Virus record (IMG/VR): IMGVR_UViG_3300012016_000699
Coordinates: 1-64,000 of that record
Direction: 5' to 3' (one strand)
DNA: 64,000 nucleotides
Source of the DNA: a virus
Lineage: Duplodnaviria; Caudoviricetes
Position numbers and translations under genes: made by a program. The notes beneath the pieces are model-generated. The model ran no database searches. It saw nothing but the letters and a program-made list of their open reading frames with translations, and was not told the origin of the DNA. Every line of letters starts with the position of its first letter. Position 1 is the stretch's first letter. Positions 18,579 to 27,814 of this stretch are shown here, in pieces.

Positions 18579-18615
18579 CGCGTGAAATAATCAATTTCAC
18601 AGAACAGTTACATGT

Positions 18616-19392
18616 TTATCTGTAGATATCACCGCTGCACGTAGAGCACATGCCGGTGATGTTCTTGCAGTGGACGTCCCCGGAGCCTGTGGAGACGTTA
18701 CTTGCAGTATCGCACTGAACGTCTCCAGATCCTGTGCTGAGGTTGGCAACACTACCGTTGACCGTCACATCACCGCTGGTTGTAACGAGGTTCTGCACTG
18801 AGCCGTGAATTTCAATGCGGACCACATCGGCGTCCTGGTACTCGCCACCGACGTCCTTCCAATCCACTGGTATGCCGTCAACGTACCACTGACCGTCACG
18901 CTTTTCGATATTCTTGCCCTTGATGGTGTACGACTTCCCGCCTCTGATGACGTTCACGGTTCCGCTGTTGATGACAACCCGTCTGGAAGACTTCCCGTAG
19001 CTGCGGCCACCTCCGAACTCATTCATCACCACGCCTGCCTTCTGGAAGGCTTCCGACACTTTCCTGTTGGTGTCGTCGATGAGCTTCCTGAGATTCTCGT
19101 CACTCTCATGTTCTGACAGTACGGCTTCACTGCCGTCTATATACCATACCCCTTCCCTGCGTTCGACTGTACGGCCGGTGAAGCGGTAGGTCTTGCCTTT
19201 TATGAGGGTGCTGATGTCCGCATCCAAATAGCGCAGGTCCTTCCCGTCCACAAGTGAGATCACACCCCCATTATAGACGCTCCTGGTGTTGCCATTGATG
19301 ACTGTGCCTCGGTGTACGTAGATTGCACCGTCTTTCTTTTTCTGCTCCTCAACCCATTCGTCAATGGGCTTCCCGTTGATAATTGTACTCAT
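18616..19392 (-). CDS. DUF4097-like beta-repeat protein
   Basis: Repeated T(T/G)SGDV motifs at the C-terminus; internal duplication (WYIDG/WYVDG). Confidence 0.6.
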   Translation of the reverse strand: MSTIINGKPIDEWVEEQKKKDGAIYVHRGTVINGNTRSVYNGGVISLVDGKDLRYLDADISTLIKGKTYRFTGRTVERREGVWYIDGSEAVLSEHESDENLRKLIDDTNRKVSEAFQKAGVVMNEFGGGRSYGKSSRRVVINSGTVNVIRGGKSYTIKGKNIEKRDGQWYVDGIPVDWKDVGGEYQDADVVRIEIHGSVQNLVTTSGDVTVNGSVANLSTGSGDVQCDTASNVSTGSGDVHCKNITGMCSTCSGDIYR

Positions 19393-19414
19393 GATGATTC
19401 TGTTTTTTTAATTG

Positions 19415-20020
19415 TTAAACCTCTACCTTCTGTGGTATCTCGATGATTATCCTGCACTCCACAGGTGTGTGGAGAAAGGACAGATTGTTATCGTCAAGGA
19501 ACTTCTCCAACTGTCCTTTGATACTGTCGGAGAACGACGCGTGGCCGTCCCCGTCCCTATCGAGCGTGCCGATGGAGTCGAAGACCAGCGGTATCCTATA
19601 GTCATCCTCGTCGTAGGGCTCGCTGCTGATGCACTGAACCCATATGGGGTAGATACCAACAGGCAGTCGCGGAAAATAGTCTACGTCACAGTTGAACTTC
19701 AGGTACAAAGCATCGCCGCCCGTAACCTTGAAACTGCCGTCCTCATTGCCATAGTCTGGCTTGTCCCAAGTGATAAAGCGGTGGCGGAATCTTCCTGCCA
19801 GCCACATTTGATGACCACCTGGGAACTCTTTCATCTCGATGTGCAGATCGACGTATCTGAAGCCCTCGCCGAATGTGAGGTCCGGGCACATGGTCTTGAC
19901 GAAGATGCCGTCGATGCAGGAAAACTCCTTGCCGTCACTGCTCTGCGATACCTCACGGCTGCTAAGGAACTGTTTCCCGCGCATCCTCGTTGCGTAAAGT
20001 CTTTTACCTTTGATAATCAT
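19415..20020 (-). CDS. hypothetical protein
   Basis: 201-aa ORF. Confidence 0.6.
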   Translation of the reverse strand: MIIKGKRLYATRMRGKQFLSSREVSQSSDGKEFSCIDGIFVKTMCPDLTFGEGFRYVDLHIEMKEFPGGHQMWLAGRFRHRFITWDKPDYGNEDGSFKVTGGDALYLKFNCDVDYFPRLPVGIYPIWVQCISSEPYDEDDYRIPLVFDSIGTLDRDGDGHASFSDSIKGQLEKFLDDNNLSFLHTPVECRIIIEIPQKVEV

Positions 20021-20034
20021 TGCTATATGTTCTT

Positions 20035-20292
20035 TTAGAAGTTCAAATAAAGCTGCACGGGCTTTCTACCGAGCTTTGCTACAGTCTTCGCATAGTTGGG
20101 GCAGATGGATTTATAGGCGCAGTTCCCGGCCTTGGCTTCCTCGAAACGATGGTGCCATAGGTCAAAGGAGGTGTCGCCGACGCGTCTCATCTCCTCGGTG
20201 ATATGCCCGCACAACTTGATACAGAAGAACCCCTTGTCGTGGGACTTCTCGCCTGTAATCTCTACGAGGCCGTTTCCTACTGGTACAGCCAT
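20035..20292 (-). CDS. hypothetical protein
   Basis: 85-aa ORF ending QLYLNF. Confidence 0.6.
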   Translation of the reverse strand: MAVPVGNGLVEITGEKSHDKGFFCIKLCGHITEEMRRVGDTSFDLWHHRFEEAKAGNCAYKSICPNYAKTVAKLGRKPVQLYLNF

Positions 20293-20293
20293 A

Positions 20294-20656
20294 TTACTCT
20301 GTCTTGCTTTTGGTTATACTTAAAATCTTTTCCTTGGATGGGTACCACGCCTTGCCATAGAGATCTGGACGCAGTTCCCCGTTGTCATAGATGAGCCAAC
20401 GGACGAACCGCCCACGAACGGTATGTTTGTAGCCGAGCTGGTATCGGGGCTTGTTGCGATACTCAGGAACCAGCGAGGCACGGCTCTCCTCCGTAACCTG
20501 CAGGCGGATGTTTATCCAGTCGCCTGGTTTCAGCACCAGTGGCGCGTGCTCGTCGATATACTGCTGCTTCTTCTTCCCATAGATGGCGCAGGCTTTGTTC
20601 ATAATCTTGTCGCAGGTTCTCTCTGCGGCTTGTAGCTGCTTGTATGTCATACACAA
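20294..20656 (-). CDS. hypothetical protein
   Basis: 120-aa ORF. Confidence 0.6.
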   Translation of the reverse strand: MCMTYKQLQAAERTCDKIMNKACAIYGKKKQQYIDEHAPLVLKPGDWINIRLQVTEESRASLVPEYRNKPRYQLGYKHTVRGRFVRWLIYDNGELRPDLYGKAWYPSKEKILSITKSKTE

Positions 20657-20831
20657 AATATCAGTCTTTCTTTACGAATTTCTTCTGGTTGGTACACTTG
20701 GTGATCCGGCTGGCCGTACGACCATCCTTTGCCGTTGGTTTTCTCTTGAAGTTGGCACACTGCAGTCGTACTGGGCAGTGGAGACCTTGGCAATTTACGT
20801 TCCTGCTCATATCTTATAGCATTTATTTTTC

Positions 20832-21140
20832 TTAAAAAGGTAAGTCATCATTCTCGCCGATGGTGATATAGAGTGACAGCCAAAAGCCGAGGACTGAGAC
20901 ACGGATGTTTATCTCGCTATTACGGAAGCTGACTCGCAGAGTCGGAAGCGACTGGTTTGTAGGAGAATGGCCTACGGAGACTGTCACATACTTGCTGTCC
21001 CAGCAGCGAGTCCCTACGGTGTTCTCCAGCCAGAGGCTTGCGCAAAGCCACTCGAATACTAACGCATGATTGCGGCAGCGAATACCTATTGAAGGGATCA
21101 GTGACCATACACTCCAATGCCAGCGGAACCTTATTTTCAT
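20832..21140 (-). CDS. hypothetical protein
   Basis: 102-aa Trp-rich ORF ending DDLPF. Confidence 0.5.
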   Translation of the reverse strand: MKIRFRWHWSVWSLIPSIGIRCRNHALVFEWLCASLWLENTVGTRCWDSKYVTVSVGHSPTNQSLPTLRVSFRNSEINIRVSVLGFWLSLYITIGENDDLPF

Positions 21141-21706
21141 CCTTCATCTCCTTTCCTCACCAGTCGCTGATACACGGCATCGTAAACACTATTGAAGGTA
21201 CACAATAGCACCTCATCGCTTCTAACTGAAGCATCGAACACTTGTCCGTCAACGGTCTCTAAAGTCAGCTGGCTACGGTCATTTACACTAACTTTTGTCA
21301 CCTGCAACTCTTCTATCGTCACGCCGTCTGACGAATCCCATGACACACAGACGAATCCGAGATCTCCATCCTTTTCATCAGAGATATCGAGTTCTGCCTT
21401 CTTGAACTTCTCCATAAGGAACACGATGGAATCATAAATTTCTTCGTGGAGGTTAATCTTCTTACGCATGAAGTCGATGTACTCGATGGGCGTCTCATAC
21501 TCCATGCCCTCCTCATCATCCGCCCATTCGGCGACATATCGCTTGTAATAGGTACGCATATCGTCCTCTGTCATGGATACGACAAGATTATCGTTTGTAC
21601 TGCGGCGATATGGCTCGCCGGTAGGTGTGAGTGCCCATTCCTCTGGAATGCCCTCACTCTCGAAATACTCATTGGTAGTTTCGATGATTCCTTCTATAGT
21701 CTTCAT
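21137..21706 (-). CDS. hypothetical acidic protein
   Basis: 189-aa ORF. Confidence 0.65.
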   Translation of the reverse strand: MKTIEGIIETTNEYFESEGIPEEWALTPTGEPYRRSTNDNLVVSMTEDDMRTYYKRYVAEWADDEEGMEYETPIEYIDFMRKKINLHEEIYDSIVFLMEKFKKAELDISDEKDGDLGFVCVSWDSSDGVTIEELQVTKVSVNDRSQLTLETVDGQVFDASVRSDEVLLCTFNSVYDAVYQRLVRKGDEG

Positions 21707-21711
21707 ATTCT

Positions 21712-22044
21712 TTAGAATTTTAGTCTGAAATATCTGTAAAAATAGTAGTCATCGCTGATTTCGTCCTTTGACCGCGATATTAGCATTTTCCCGAAAGTAA
21801 AAAACTTCCGGCTGATGCCTTCTGTCTGCTTCTTTAGGTTGTCTGTCAGCTCCATTAAGGACTTATGCCCGCGAGGGAAATTCCTGATGACGAATGTGCT
21901 GCTTTCGTAGAACGTTAGTTCCGTCTGTGTGGGAGTACCATGCTTCCATCCTGCCGATACATAGTCTACCTCTTCTGCAACCTCCAGTTTGCAGAAGAAC
22001 TCTTCACGGGAGATTTCTGTAATTGCTTGTTCCATGCTATTCAA
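21712..22044 (-). CDS. hypothetical protein
   Basis: 110-aa ORF. Confidence 0.55.
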   Translation of the reverse strand: MNSMEQAITEISREEFFCKLEVAEEVDYVSAGWKHGTPTQTELTFYESSTFVIRNFPRGHKSLMELTDNLKKQTEGISRKFFTFGKMLISRSKDEISDDYYFYRYFRLKF

Positions 22045-22894
22045 AGAAATTTAATGTTAGTTGCTCAGGTACCTTTGCTTTCTGCTCCTTTGGAGCCTCG
22101 GCCTTGACTTCCTCCGGCACCTTGACGGTCTCTGTCCGCTTCGTTGCCTCGGCCATCCAGCCCATCGCGGCCCTGCAGCTGATGAACTGCATAGGCTCGT
22201 CGGTGATGCGGATAGTGGGACAGCCGGGGAAGGGGTACAGCCCTTCGTTGATGATGTAGCCCGTGAATGCCTTGTGAGGCTCGCAGAGGGTGTCATGGCA
22301 TACCACCTCGCCGAACATACCATGGGCACACATATTGACAGCCGCCATCTTACAGCAGATACGGTCGATGTCCTCACCGATGAAGTAGTAGGCACGGTGG
22401 CCACGCTCGCAGTTTGTAGCATGGGCGGCCAGCAGCATACGGGCAGACCCGCAGGCACTGTCATTGGCCACCACACGCTTGCCGAAGGCGTTGCAGGTGA
22501 CACGAGGCTCAGTAGTCTCGTCCCTGTCATCGAGTACCACCTTCGCCATGAAGTCGCAGATGGTGTGAGGGGTGAAGAACTGTCCCTTGTACTGCTGGGA
22601 CGTCCTGCCGACATTCGACATGAAGAAGTCGCCGAAGGCATCGTACCACCCGCGGGCGTCGATCATCCTCTGCAAGACGTACAGCCATTCCCTCATCAGC
22701 TGGAAGAACAGCTGGTTCTGCTCCTGGTTGTACTTCCAATATGGGTTGGGCTTCGGATTCGGGTTGAAGTTGAAGATGATGAACGTCAGCAGGTCGTCGA
22801 ACACGGTGATGGCGTCATGGTGCGTGACGCTCACGATGTGGTTGAACTGCTTCTCGAACTCACGGAGCTCCTTACTGCATATGTAGTCACTCAT
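22037..22894 (-). CDS. N-6 DNA methylase-like protein (HsdM-like, short)
   Basis: DAFGDFF...GQFFTP...DSACGSARML...GEDID...AVN; no NPPF/Y motif seen. Confidence 0.75.
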   Translation of the reverse strand: MSDYICSKELREFEKQFNHIVSVTHHDAITVFDDLLTFIIFNFNPNPKPNPYWKYNQEQNQLFFQLMREWLYVLQRMIDARGWYDAFGDFFMSNVGRTSQQYKGQFFTPHTICDFMAKVVLDDRDETTEPRVTCNAFGKRVVANDSACGSARMLLAAHATNCERGHRAYYFIGEDIDRICCKMAAVNMCAHGMFGEVVCHDTLCEPHKAFTGYIINEGLYPFPGCPTIRITDEPMQFISCRAAMGWMAEATKRTETVKVPEEVKAEAPKEQKAKVPEQLTLNFFE

Positions 22895-23808
22895 AGTTGG
22901 AATCTGTTTGTGTCACTGGAACGTCCCATGTGCTCGTTCTTGAACTTCATCTCTGGGAAACGGATGCGGCCGATGGTCTCCACGTACCTTTCGATGTCGC
23001 TCTCCGGGATGAGAGGGTACGAGTACGACCAGTTGAAGTTCACGCTTTTATCGTGCTCGTAGATGATGATGTTGGAAGACGTGATGCCAGCCTCGATGAT
23101 GCTGAGGTTCACGTCACGCTCTACCTCCAGCCGGTGCATCTGCTCCTCGTAGCGGTTGTAGATATCCTTGCGCACGCTGTCCATCCTCGCCATGTACTGC
23201 TCGTCGTACCTGGCCATTATCTTGTCGTCGTCATAGTAGCCCTCTTCCTCCAGCTGGCGTATCTGTTCCAGCTTGCTGTCGATGGCATGGATGTCGCTGC
23301 CTGACGTGCCGAAGTCACGGTCGACGGTCTCGCCGGTATGTTCCTCAAGCCATTTGATGAGCCACTCTGCAGATTCTTTCCAGTAGTCCACGGCCCCGAC
23401 CTTGCGGAGCATGAACGAGAAGTATTCGAGGTCGTGAGCAGACACCATCAGGCTGTCCACCTCGTCGGAGCTGATGCGCAGCAGCTTGCAGGCTTCGCGC
23501 TTGCGACCGTGCCGCAGCAGGTACGCCCCCTCGCAGACAGGGTTCTTTGGAGCCCCGTCAAAGCTGCAGCCGTGGAGCCAGAGATACTGGAAGAGCTCGC
23601 TGAAGTGCTCAAGGATGAACGATCCGTTGAAACCCCATGACTCCTCGTGCCATTTGTCATTGCAGTCCTTTACCTCCGTTCTGACACGAATGGAGAACTG
23701 TACGTTGCCCGTGTTGTAGATGTCCCCGAGCTTCACAGTCAGCTCACCACGATGGCTGCCGAGGGCATACGGCAGGACACCGGACTTGAATTCGATTACT
23801 TTTTCCAT
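22891..23808 (-). CDS. hypothetical protein
   Basis: 305-aa ORF coupled to the methylase-like gene. Confidence 0.7.
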   Translation of the reverse strand: MEKVIEFKSGVLPYALGSHRGELTVKLGDIYNTGNVQFSIRVRTEVKDCNDKWHEESWGFNGSFILEHFSELFQYLWLHGCSFDGAPKNPVCEGAYLLRHGRKREACKLLRISSDEVDSLMVSAHDLEYFSFMLRKVGAVDYWKESAEWLIKWLEEHTGETVDRDFGTSGSDIHAIDSKLEQIRQLEEEGYYDDDKIMARYDEQYMARMDSVRKDIYNRYEEQMHRLEVERDVNLSIIEAGITSSNIIIYEHDKSVNFNWSYSYPLIPESDIERYVETIGRIRFPEMKFKNEHMGRSSDTNRFQL

Positions 23809-23851
23809 AATGTGACTGATTATTTCCTATTTGCATGTAAAAATTTCCATT

Positions 23852-24307
23852 TCACGTGGGAAAATTTCCGAGTTTCACATAGAAATTCCCTTCTTTCTTC
23901 CTTTCATACTCCTCCAGTTCCTTCCGGCTGCATGGAACAGCTTTGCCCGTCAGGTACTCAAGGTCGTATGGATAGTCATAGCCGTGCTTCCCGCAAATAT
24001 CCCTGCAGTCCCCGTGTTCGTAGCTGCTGTCGTTGACCCACCATCGGTACGGCACCTCCGAGAACCCGAACTGGACCCGCTTGCCGTCCCTGTAGGCATT
24101 GACGTAGTGGGTGTGCTCCCTCTCGTACTCATCGCGTGCGGTGAAGCACTCGAAGCCCTGATTGGTGAGCGCCTCGCAGACCTCCAGCAGCACGAAGTGG
24201 TTGTTCAACTGACGGAGAAAATAGCTCTGCTCCGTCCTTATATAGGGACCTGCCTTATCCAGGCGCTTCTCCATGATAGTCTTTGTCTTCGGTGTCTCCA
24301 TGACCAT
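23852..24307 (-). CDS. hypothetical protein
   Basis: 151-aa ORF. Confidence 0.65.
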   Translation of the reverse strand: MVMETPKTKTIMEKRLDKAGPYIRTEQSYFLRQLNNHFVLLEVCEALTNQGFECFTARDEYEREHTHYVNAYRDGKRVQFGFSEVPYRWWVNDSSYEHGDCRDICGKHGYDYPYDLEYLTGKAVPCSRKELEEYERKKEGNFYVKLGNFPT

Positions 24308-24322
24308 TCCTTTTTTTCTTGG

Positions 24323-24571
24323 TTATTTTGAAAGTTTCTTTACCAGTTCATCCAGCGTGCCACGAAATACTACCTCGTTGTCGTTGCTCGTGATGCGTAT
24401 CTGCGTTTCCTCGCGTCGCAGATAGTCGTCACCCATGCCTTTGAAAGCATCGAAGGCTATAAAGCCAGGACCTCCTAAGTAAACCTCACACAGTCCTACT
24501 TCCTTTGGACTGCTTGTGCGGCCACCTCTTACTCCTTGAGTGCAAATCTGCAAAGTTGATATGTTAGCCAT
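24323..24571 (-). CDS. hypothetical protein
   Basis: 82-aa ORF. Confidence 0.6.
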   Translation of the reverse strand: MANISTLQICTQGVRGGRTSSPKEVGLCEVYLGGPGFIAFDAFKGMGDDYLRREETQIRITSNDNEVVFRGTLDELVKKLSK

Positions 24572-24754
24572 ATTATCTTATTTTAAATTGAATAACTTCT
24601 TGAAATCCTTGATGGTGATCCACTGGTAGCGGCACATCTCGCACTCCAGCCTCTTGCCGTGCCTGTCCTCGCTGATGACATGGCACGTGCGGCATCCGCA
24701 CATCGGGCATATGGTCTCTTTCGTCCTTGCCATTGTTCTGTGAATTGAAGGGGA

Positions 24755-25024
24755 TTACTTTTTCAGTTGGTCGTCCATGAAAACGCAGGTGTCGAGCTTG
24801 TAGGCGCCGGAAACGGGATGCTTCTGGTCGGTGATCTCGTGGTAGCAACGCCAACCTCTCGCGTAGGTGCGGACGTAACGCTTTCCGTTCTGCTTGTGGA
24901 TATAGACGGGAACGTTCTTTCCTTCTCCGTTGTAGCCGGTTCCGTCCCAGCCTTCGAAGGTTACGAACTCTTTCTTGCGGGTGTCCTCAAAGAGGAGGTC
25001 GAGTTTGAAAATTGATCTTGGCAT
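24755..25024 (-). CDS. hypothetical protein (first gene after promoter cassette 5)
   Basis: 89-aa ORF with conserved CAGAACAGTTATG leader. Confidence 0.65.
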   Translation of the reverse strand: MPRSIFKLDLLFEDTRKKEFVTFEGWDGTGYNGEGKNVPVYIHKQNGKRYVRTYARGWRCYHEITDQKHPVSGAYKLDTCVFMDDQLKK

Positions 25025-25046
25025 AACTGTTCTGTTTTAAAATTGT

Positions 25047-25153
25047 TTGATTATCATCTTATTTGCAATACAAAGATACGAAAATATAATCAGATATGCA
25101 AGAAATTACGGGATTTTATTTGTTAATTAGAGTTAATCAAATATGCAACCCAG
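25047..25153 (-). promoter_or_regulatory. Repeated early promoter cassette, copy 5
   Basis: TATCTTTG at 25071-25078; motif copies at 25087 and 25134. Confidence 0.85.
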
Positions 25154-25156
25154 AGT

Positions 25157-25190
25157 GAAACAAAGTCGCTTGCATCACTGCAAACGACTC
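25157..25190 (-). terminator. Intrinsic terminator
   Basis: GAGTCGTTTGCAGTGATGCAAGCGACTTTGTTT on minus strand. Confidence 0.65.
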
Positions 25191-25396
25191 ATTACAAACT
25201 ACTAACTAATCATTAGTAATTACGATTGGACCGCTGTCTCAACCATCTTACTGTCAATAACTAAAAACCTAAAAACTATAAATATTACTACTAACCTAAA
25301 ACAATTTTCATTCAGTCTAGTGTTGGATTGGCCCACCCACCCTGTATCTCGTGCAGGGCAGGCCTTGAGACAAATACGCAAGAAACGGGAAAAAGT

Positions 25397-26005
25397 CTAT
25401 TCCAACCTCTGCAGCACCTCCACGGATTTGACCTGTGCCTTTGGATTTTTTGAATATGCCTCGACTCTGGATTTTGTCTTCCACTTTATCAGTCCGAAAA
25501 GGATGCTATGACGCCTTGCCCATTCGACGATCACGATGCTGTCGCGAACTTCATAGCCTATAGAGGCCGTATTCGTTGAGTCAATGCGCACATCTATGGT
25601 GGCGTATTCGTCCTCATAATGCGTGGACAGTTCTCCGAAGGGCTCTACATTCACGGGGGCCTTAACACTGTCACGGGTGCTTACCTCGATGTGTGAAATC
25701 CCATCCACATCCTTTGGACGTACGTCAGAGGCACTCTTGGCCACCTTCATCTCTTCAGGGTAGCGGGTCTTGATGACCTTGTCCGTGACTTTCATTGGCT
25801 CTGACGACACAACGGTGATATCGCCTTTATCGGTCTTGACGACTGTAGAGGACTGTGGCGCCTGCCCGATGTTGGCGGCTGTGTTCTCCAGCTGTGAGGC
25901 CTTCTTCTCGAGGGCTTTGCACTCCAGGGTGAGGCGGTATGTCGCATAGCCCAGTCCAAGGACGGTGAGTGCCAGCAGGATGATTGCGTAGAATGACTTT
26001 TTCAT
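25397..26005 (-). CDS. Spanin-like lysis accessory protein (DUF6549-like)
   Basis: N-terminal TM anchor plus coiled coil; RDS...ILFGLIKW...SKNP C-terminus as in Bacteroidales phage genes next to endolysins. Confidence 0.55.
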   Translation of the reverse strand: MKKSFYAIILLALTVLGLGYATYRLTLECKALEKKASQLENTAANIGQAPQSSTVVKTDKGDITVVSSEPMKVTDKVIKTRYPEEMKVAKSASDVRPKDVDGISHIEVSTRDSVKAPVNVEPFGELSTHYEDEYATIDVRIDSTNTASIGYEVRDSIVIVEWARRHSILFGLIKWKTKSRVEAYSKNPKAQVKSVEVLQRLE

Positions 26006-26041
26006 AATACTTATATTGAAGATATGGAGTAAAAAATTCGT

Positions 26042-27298
26042 TTATACCATGAATCCAGAGAAATGGTTCATAAGCATCTCAAGACATCCGTCGCCTTCCC
26101 ACGGGAACAGAATGACGTTGCCGCTGATTCCTCCGATGGATTTCTCCTTGACCTCCCTGTCCCTGCCGAAGTGTCCGTATGCGGCCGTCTCCTCGTAGAT
26201 GGGTGTGTTAAGGTTCAGGGTCCTCGTGATGGCCGACGGCGAGAGGTCGAACAGCTGCATGACATGTCCTGCGATCTCCGTGTCGCTGAGGCTTGTGTGG
26301 TTTACCCTGGTCGTCACGTTGACGCTGACTGGCTGCGCCACGCCGATGGCATAGGCGAGCTGTATCGTCACTTCCTCTGCCACGCCAGCTGCCACGAGGT
26401 TCCTTGCGATGTATCGTGCCATATATGCGGCGCTGCGGTCTACCTTAGACGGGTCCTTGCCCGAGAAGGCTCCGCCGCCGTGAGGGGCGTAGCCGCCATA
26501 TGTGTCGACGATGATCTTACGGCCTGTCAGTCCGCTGTCGCCTGCAGGCCCTCCGATGACGAAGCGCCCGGTCGGGTTCACCAGCAGGCGGTAGTCCTTG
26601 CCCAGCAGCTGGCGGGCGATATCCTTGCAGCGGCTTTCCGGGATCTGCGAGATGACGACGGGGAACACGACAGCCTTGAGGTCGTTGGCTATCATCGACT
26701 GCATCTGCAGGTCGCTCTGGGCGAACACCTCATGCTGCGTACTGACGACCACTGTGTCGATGCGTACGGTACGTCCCTCTTCATCCGTCTCCACCGTCAC
26801 CTGTGCCTTGCTGTCCGGACGGAGGTACTCCATCAGCCCGGGACGTTTCCTGCGGACCTCCGAAAGCGTCTTGACGATGAGGTGTGAAAGGTACAGCGGG
26901 AACGGGATGAGCGCCGGTGTCTCGCTGGTGGCGTAGCCGAACATCATTCCCTGATCGCCAGCGCCCTGCTCCTTAGCGTCCACGCCCTGCGCGATGTCAG
27001 GAGACTGCTGGTGCATGGCATCGAGGATCCCGACAGCATCTGCAGCAAAGCCGTAGCAGGCCTTGTCATAGCCGATGCGTCTGATGACCCTGCGCACGAT
27101 ATCCTGTACGGGAGCCTTCACGCGTGACTTCACCTCACCGCCGACGATGACCTGGCCAGTGGTGACGAACACCTCGCACCCTACATGGCTGGAGGTGTCG
27201 TGGAGGATATAGTAGTCGAGGATGGCGTCGCTGATCTGGTCAGCGATCTTGTCTGGATGTCCCTCGGACACCGACTCTGATGTAAATAGTCTCTTCAT
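26042..27298 (-). CDS. metK: S-adenosylmethionine synthetase
   Basis: LFTSESVSEGHPDKIADQISD, GAGDQG, GRFVIGGPAGDSGLTGRK, GGGAFSGKDPSKVDRS. Confidence 0.97.
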   Translation of the reverse strand: MKRLFTSESVSEGHPDKIADQISDAILDYYILHDTSSHVGCEVFVTTGQVIVGGEVKSRVKAPVQDIVRRVIRRIGYDKACYGFAADAVGILDAMHQQSPDIAQGVDAKEQGAGDQGMMFGYATSETPALIPFPLYLSHLIVKTLSEVRRKRPGLMEYLRPDSKAQVTVETDEEGRTVRIDTVVVSTQHEVFAQSDLQMQSMIANDLKAVVFPVVISQIPESRCKDIARQLLGKDYRLLVNPTGRFVIGGPAGDSGLTGRKIIVDTYGGYAPHGGGAFSGKDPSKVDRSAAYMARYIARNLVAAGVAEEVTIQLAYAIGVAQPVSVNVTTRVNHTSLSDTEIAGHVMQLFDLSPSAITRTLNLNTPIYEETAAYGHFGRDREVKEKSIGGISGNVILFPWEGDGCLEMLMNHFSGFMV

Positions 27299-27307
27299 TT
27301 CTTGTTT

Positions 27308-27814
27308 CTATTTTTTGTTATTCCCTTTCTTCGCTGGCGGATAGGCGGTGTTGTCTGCGTTAAGGTGCAGCAGCACCTCATTGTAGTAGCAGTGAGCGAT
27401 TCTCCTTGCCTCGTCAATATCATGGTACTCGCAGTTCCCGCACTCTTCCTCAGTAGCACCTGGAACAGGACCGTCATAGGTGGCAATCCACGCGAACATC
27501 TCACGGACGGACCCGCTGATGTCGTCAACGCCGACATTCCCCTCCACGATGAGGTAGAAGCCGGTCATGCAGCCCATCGGGCCGAAATAGACGATGCGGT
27601 CGGAGAAGAAGCTCCTCGTACGGAGGAACGTCGCACCCAGGTGCTCGATGGTATGTACGGCTGCACCGTCCATTGTGAAGTCGCTGTACGGCTTGCAGAC
27701 GCGTATGTCGAATGTGGTTACGACTCCGTCGCTTCCGACGCTGTCCTGGCTGTGCACATAGAGGCCTCTATCCAGCCTCCTGTGGTCTATCTGAAAGCTC
27801 TTAATCCGTTCCAT
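27308..27814 (-). CDS. luxS: S-ribosylhomocysteine lyase (AI-2 synthase)
   Basis: SFQIDH, HTIEH (HxxEH), GPMGCMTGFY with catalytic Cys, CGN metal Cys. Confidence 0.96.
   Translation of the reverse strand: MERIKSFQIDHRRLDRGLYVHSQDSVGSDGVVTTFDIRVCKPYSDFTMDGAAVHTIEHLGATFLRTRSFFSDRIVYFGPMGCMTGFYLIVEGNVGVDDISGSVREMFAWIATYDGPVPGATEEECGNCEYHDIDEARRIAHCYYNEVLLHLNADNTAYPPAKKGNNKK

Noticed and set aside
2978-25153. Repeated intergenic elements as a CRISPR array or IS ends
   Set aside because: Copies are kilobases apart, contain promoter boxes, and there are no cas or transposase genes
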